From assembly GCF_006345805.1 (NCBI RefSeq), contig NW_021828463.1, positions 1-8,288 on the forward strand: a DNA stretch of 8,288 nt, written 5' to 3'. Below, piece by piece: positions 6,283-8,288 of this stretch; position 1 is the first letter of the stretch, and each line of letters starts with the position of its first letter. The notes beneath the pieces are model-generated. The model did no database searches. It was not told the origin of the DNA and saw only the letters and a list, made by a program, of their open reading frames with translations. The translations under genes were made by a program, and so were the position numbers. Source of the stretch: Octopus sinensis (lineage: Eukaryota).

Positions 6283-6609
6283 ATGGGTGCCGAGTTGACA
6301 TCATCAACAGCAGCAGCAGCAACAACAACAACAACAGTTGCAGTAACAGCAGCAGCAGCAGCATACCTGCACAGCAGTAACCCCCCTCGCCTCCCTTTTT
6401 ACAGTCTCAACAGCAAACATGCAGACGATACAGACGAGGCAGACGATACTCTCCCCCCCGCTCCAAGCTTTCTGCCTCCAACTGCCACTCTAACTCCTCC
6501 TCCAGTTATTTCGTTTACTCCCCTTCCTTCGATTCGTCAACGAAATTTCTGCTCGAAATCCTCGTCGCTCATTGGTTGCTTTCACTGTTTTCAGGTTTGT
6601 TTTTGTTAA
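6283..6609 (+). CDS. Possible low-complexity coding exon or ORF (108 aa; poly-A/T, acidic and Pro-rich); unverified
   Basis: ATG in strong context (aaaATGG), lies in non-repeat CpG-rich DNA, possible donor CAG/GTTTGT at 6594/6595. No recognisable domain, so it could be UTR. Confidence 0.22.
   Translation: MGAELTSSTAAAATTTTTVAVTAAAAAYLHSSNPPRLPFYSLNSKHADDTDEADDTLPPAPSFLPPTATLTPPPVISFTPLPSIRQRNFCSKSSSLIGCFHCFQVCFC
6300..6363. repeat. (CAG/CAA)n trinucleotide tract
   Basis: catcatcaacagcagcagcagcaacaacaacaacaacag..cagcagcagcagcagca. Confidence 0.9.
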
Positions 6610-6722
6610 GAAATATGGCGGGAAATTTATTTATAACGATAGTGGGGGTGGGTTGAGGGTGTACGGTGCGAGTTTAGGGTGGGGCGGACCGAGGTGAAAG
6701 CATTAGTCACTGTCAGGTAAGG
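6565..6722. promoter_or_regulatory. Putative TATA-less promoter / first-exon motifs
   Basis: CCAAT box on minus (AACCAATGAG, 6568-6577), YY1-like AATATGGCGG (6612-6621), GC box GGGGCGGA (6681-6688) and splice donor CAG/GTAAG (6716/6717). Motif matches only. Confidence 0.35.
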
Positions 6723-6781
6723 TACAGGATTTTCCAAAATCCAAAAATAAAATCGTACGTTTTTGAACGTGTTTGGTTACG

Positions 6782-6823
6782 TGTCTATCTATCTATCTCA
6801 ATCTTACTATCTGTGTGTGTGGG

Positions 6824-6866
<43 letters not shown>

Positions 6867-6970
6867 GTTATATGTATGTATATATATATGTCTGTATTAT
6901 GTATGTATGGATGTATGTATGTATGTATGTATGTATGTATGTATGTATGATGTATGTATGTATGTGATAT

Positions 6971-7004
<34 letters not shown>

Positions 7005-7048
7005 TGTATGTATTAGTATGTATGTATGTATGCTTGTATGTATGTATG
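6782..7048. repeat. Compound microsatellite (TCTA)-(TG)-(CA)n-(AT)-(TATG)n
   Basis: Direct reading. Confidence 0.95.
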
Positions 7049-7203
7049 TGAGTGCTGCGTGTAAGTAGCTTGCTTACCAACCACATGGTTCCAGGTTCAG
7101 TCCCACTGCGTGGCACTTTGAGCAAATGTCTTCTACTACAACCCCGGGCCTACCAAAGCTTTGTGAGTGGATTTGGTAGACGGAAACTGAAAGAAGCTCG
7201 TCG
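7049..7203 (+). mobile_element. SINE B 5' half (head to start of internal microsatellite)
   Basis: gtaagtagcttgcttaccaaccacatggttccaGGTTCAGTCCCactgcgtggcactttgagcaa..ggaaactgaaagaagctcgtcg is the reverse complement of 4559-4715. Confidence 0.9.
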
Positions 7204-7247
7204 TGTGTGTATATATATATATATTATATATATATATAATATATATT
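7204..7247. repeat. (GT)-(AT)n microsatellite
   Basis: Direct reading. Confidence 0.9.
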
Positions 7248-7253
7248 ACACCC

Positions 7254-7306
7254 CTTGCGCAAGGTGTCTCACAGTGGGACCGAACCCAGAACCATATGAT
7301 TGGGAA
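7254..7306 (-). mobile_element. SINE B head fragment, inverted relative to 7049-7203
   Basis: cttgcgcaaggtgtctcacagtgggaccgaacccagaaccatatgattgg aligns to 4637-4686. Confidence 0.75.
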
Positions 7307-7645
7307 TATATATAAAGTCCTTGGAGGGCAGAAAGACAGGGTATTTACAATGTATTGCTTAACCAGAGCTTTAGGCAATCTACAATGTGGCTTTCCAGAC
7401 GAATATCAAAATTCTTCAGGTATAGAAACTCCTGGTTTCTCGACGGTAAAACCGTTGCATGGGTTTAGCAAAAGGTGAAATATAATCTGAATAAGAGGAC
7501 ATCTTCACACATCTTTAATGATCAGGTACAAGTGTCTTGTGCGCCATCTCTTCTTGCGACGCCATTTCACGCAAAAGTTCGAAGTGGAAATTTACGTAAT
7601 ATTTGCGGTTTTAGATATTAGATTGACACTTCCTTAGACCTGCAT

Positions 7646-7873
<228 letters not shown>

Positions 7874-7875
7874 CA

Positions 7876-8110
7876 GGAAGCTTTATGAAAATAGACAAAA
7901 GACGAAGGCAGGTTTACGGAAATAAACAAAAGACGAAGGCAGGTGGAATACAAACAAACAATTGTATTAGTATGGCGCTCAGGAAATATAAATAAAACAA
8001 GTCTTTAACGTTTCGAGCCTACGCTCTTCAACAGAAAGATACACAGAGAAGAAACACAGAAAGAAGGAGAGAAAAAAATGCGTGCAGAGGCTAGCGAATC
8101 AACATGGCGA
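7876..8110 (-). mobile_element. Hammerhead-bearing non-coding element, copy 3 (may extend to ~8170)
   Basis: Homologous to copies 1 and 2. The 3'-terminal 31 bp is tandemly duplicated (7882-7912, 7913-7943). Embedded in GATA repeats. Confidence 0.8.
8002..8039 (-). ncRNA. Minimal type I hammerhead ribozyme motif, class 1 (best-formed copy)
   Basis: Minus strand: UCUUU-CUGUUGA-A-GAGC(GUAG)GCUC-GAAA-C-GUU/AAAGA. Stem I 5 bp perfect, stem III palindrome AACGUU, predicted cleavage between 8007 and 8006. Confidence 0.72.
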
Positions 8111-8169
8111 TCTGATTTCGGCCAGAAGTCAAAGATCAAACGTGAGACGCAAAAGCGAAATTAGGGGAG

Positions 8170-8288
8170 ATAATAGATAGATAGATAGATAGATAGTTAT
8201 ATATAGATAGATGGATGGATGGATGTATAGATAGATGGATGGATGGATGGATGTATAGATAGATAAATAGACAGACAGACAGACAGAC
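8170..8288. repeat. (GATA)/(GGAT)/(GACA)n compound microsatellite
   Basis: Direct reading. Includes a 24-28 bp higher-order unit tatagatagatggatggatggatg x2. Confidence 0.95.

Noticed and set aside
6537-6572. Minus-strand mini-ORF MSDEDFEQKFR*
   Set aside because: It looks like a protein start but stops after 11 codons with no donor site. At most it is a uORF.
7380-7425. Minus-strand CUGAAGA...GAAA as a further hammerhead
   Set aside because: No convincing stem II, no stem III pairing and no stem I complement.
7307-7640. Unique segment and ORFs 7052-7315, 7136-7378, 7203-7478 as an exon or LINE fragment
   Set aside because: The ORFs begin in SINE or microsatellite sequence, and only a vague WFLDGK similarity was seen, which is insufficient to call.
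8109-8137. Hairpin gatct..agatc with GAAA upstream of copy 3 as a decayed second ribozyme
   Set aside because: The hairpin is real but neither strand has a CUGANGA-like core in the right position.

Overview
Eukaryotic, repeat-saturated non-coding DNA. The SINE families and the heavy (AT)n/(GATA)n/(CA)n load look like an Octopus (coleoid cephalopod) genome; this is inferred from repeat recognition and is not verified. No complete protein-coding gene is supported, and most ORFs in the track are microsatellite or SINE read-throughs. Contents: about 14 copies or fragments of at least five tRNA-headed SINE families plus one related element without a visible head, a 226-bp piggyBac-type MITE with TTAA TSD, a CR1-like LINE 3' stub, a degenerate long-inverted-repeat element, about 15% microsatellite, and one CpG-rich unique island (6230-6722) that may be a promoter or first exon. 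The main result is three dispersed copies of a ~200-290 bp non-coding element (1039-1230 -, 5546-5830 +, 7876-8110 -). Each folds into a minimal type I hammerhead ribozyme with an unusual core (CUG-U-N-GA, i.e. A6U, plus an extra A after A9). The + copy carries a second, sequence-unrelated hammerhead 141 nt upstream. The architecture fits a non-autonomous Penelope-like (retrozyme-like) element. Self-cleavage activity is predicted from structure only.
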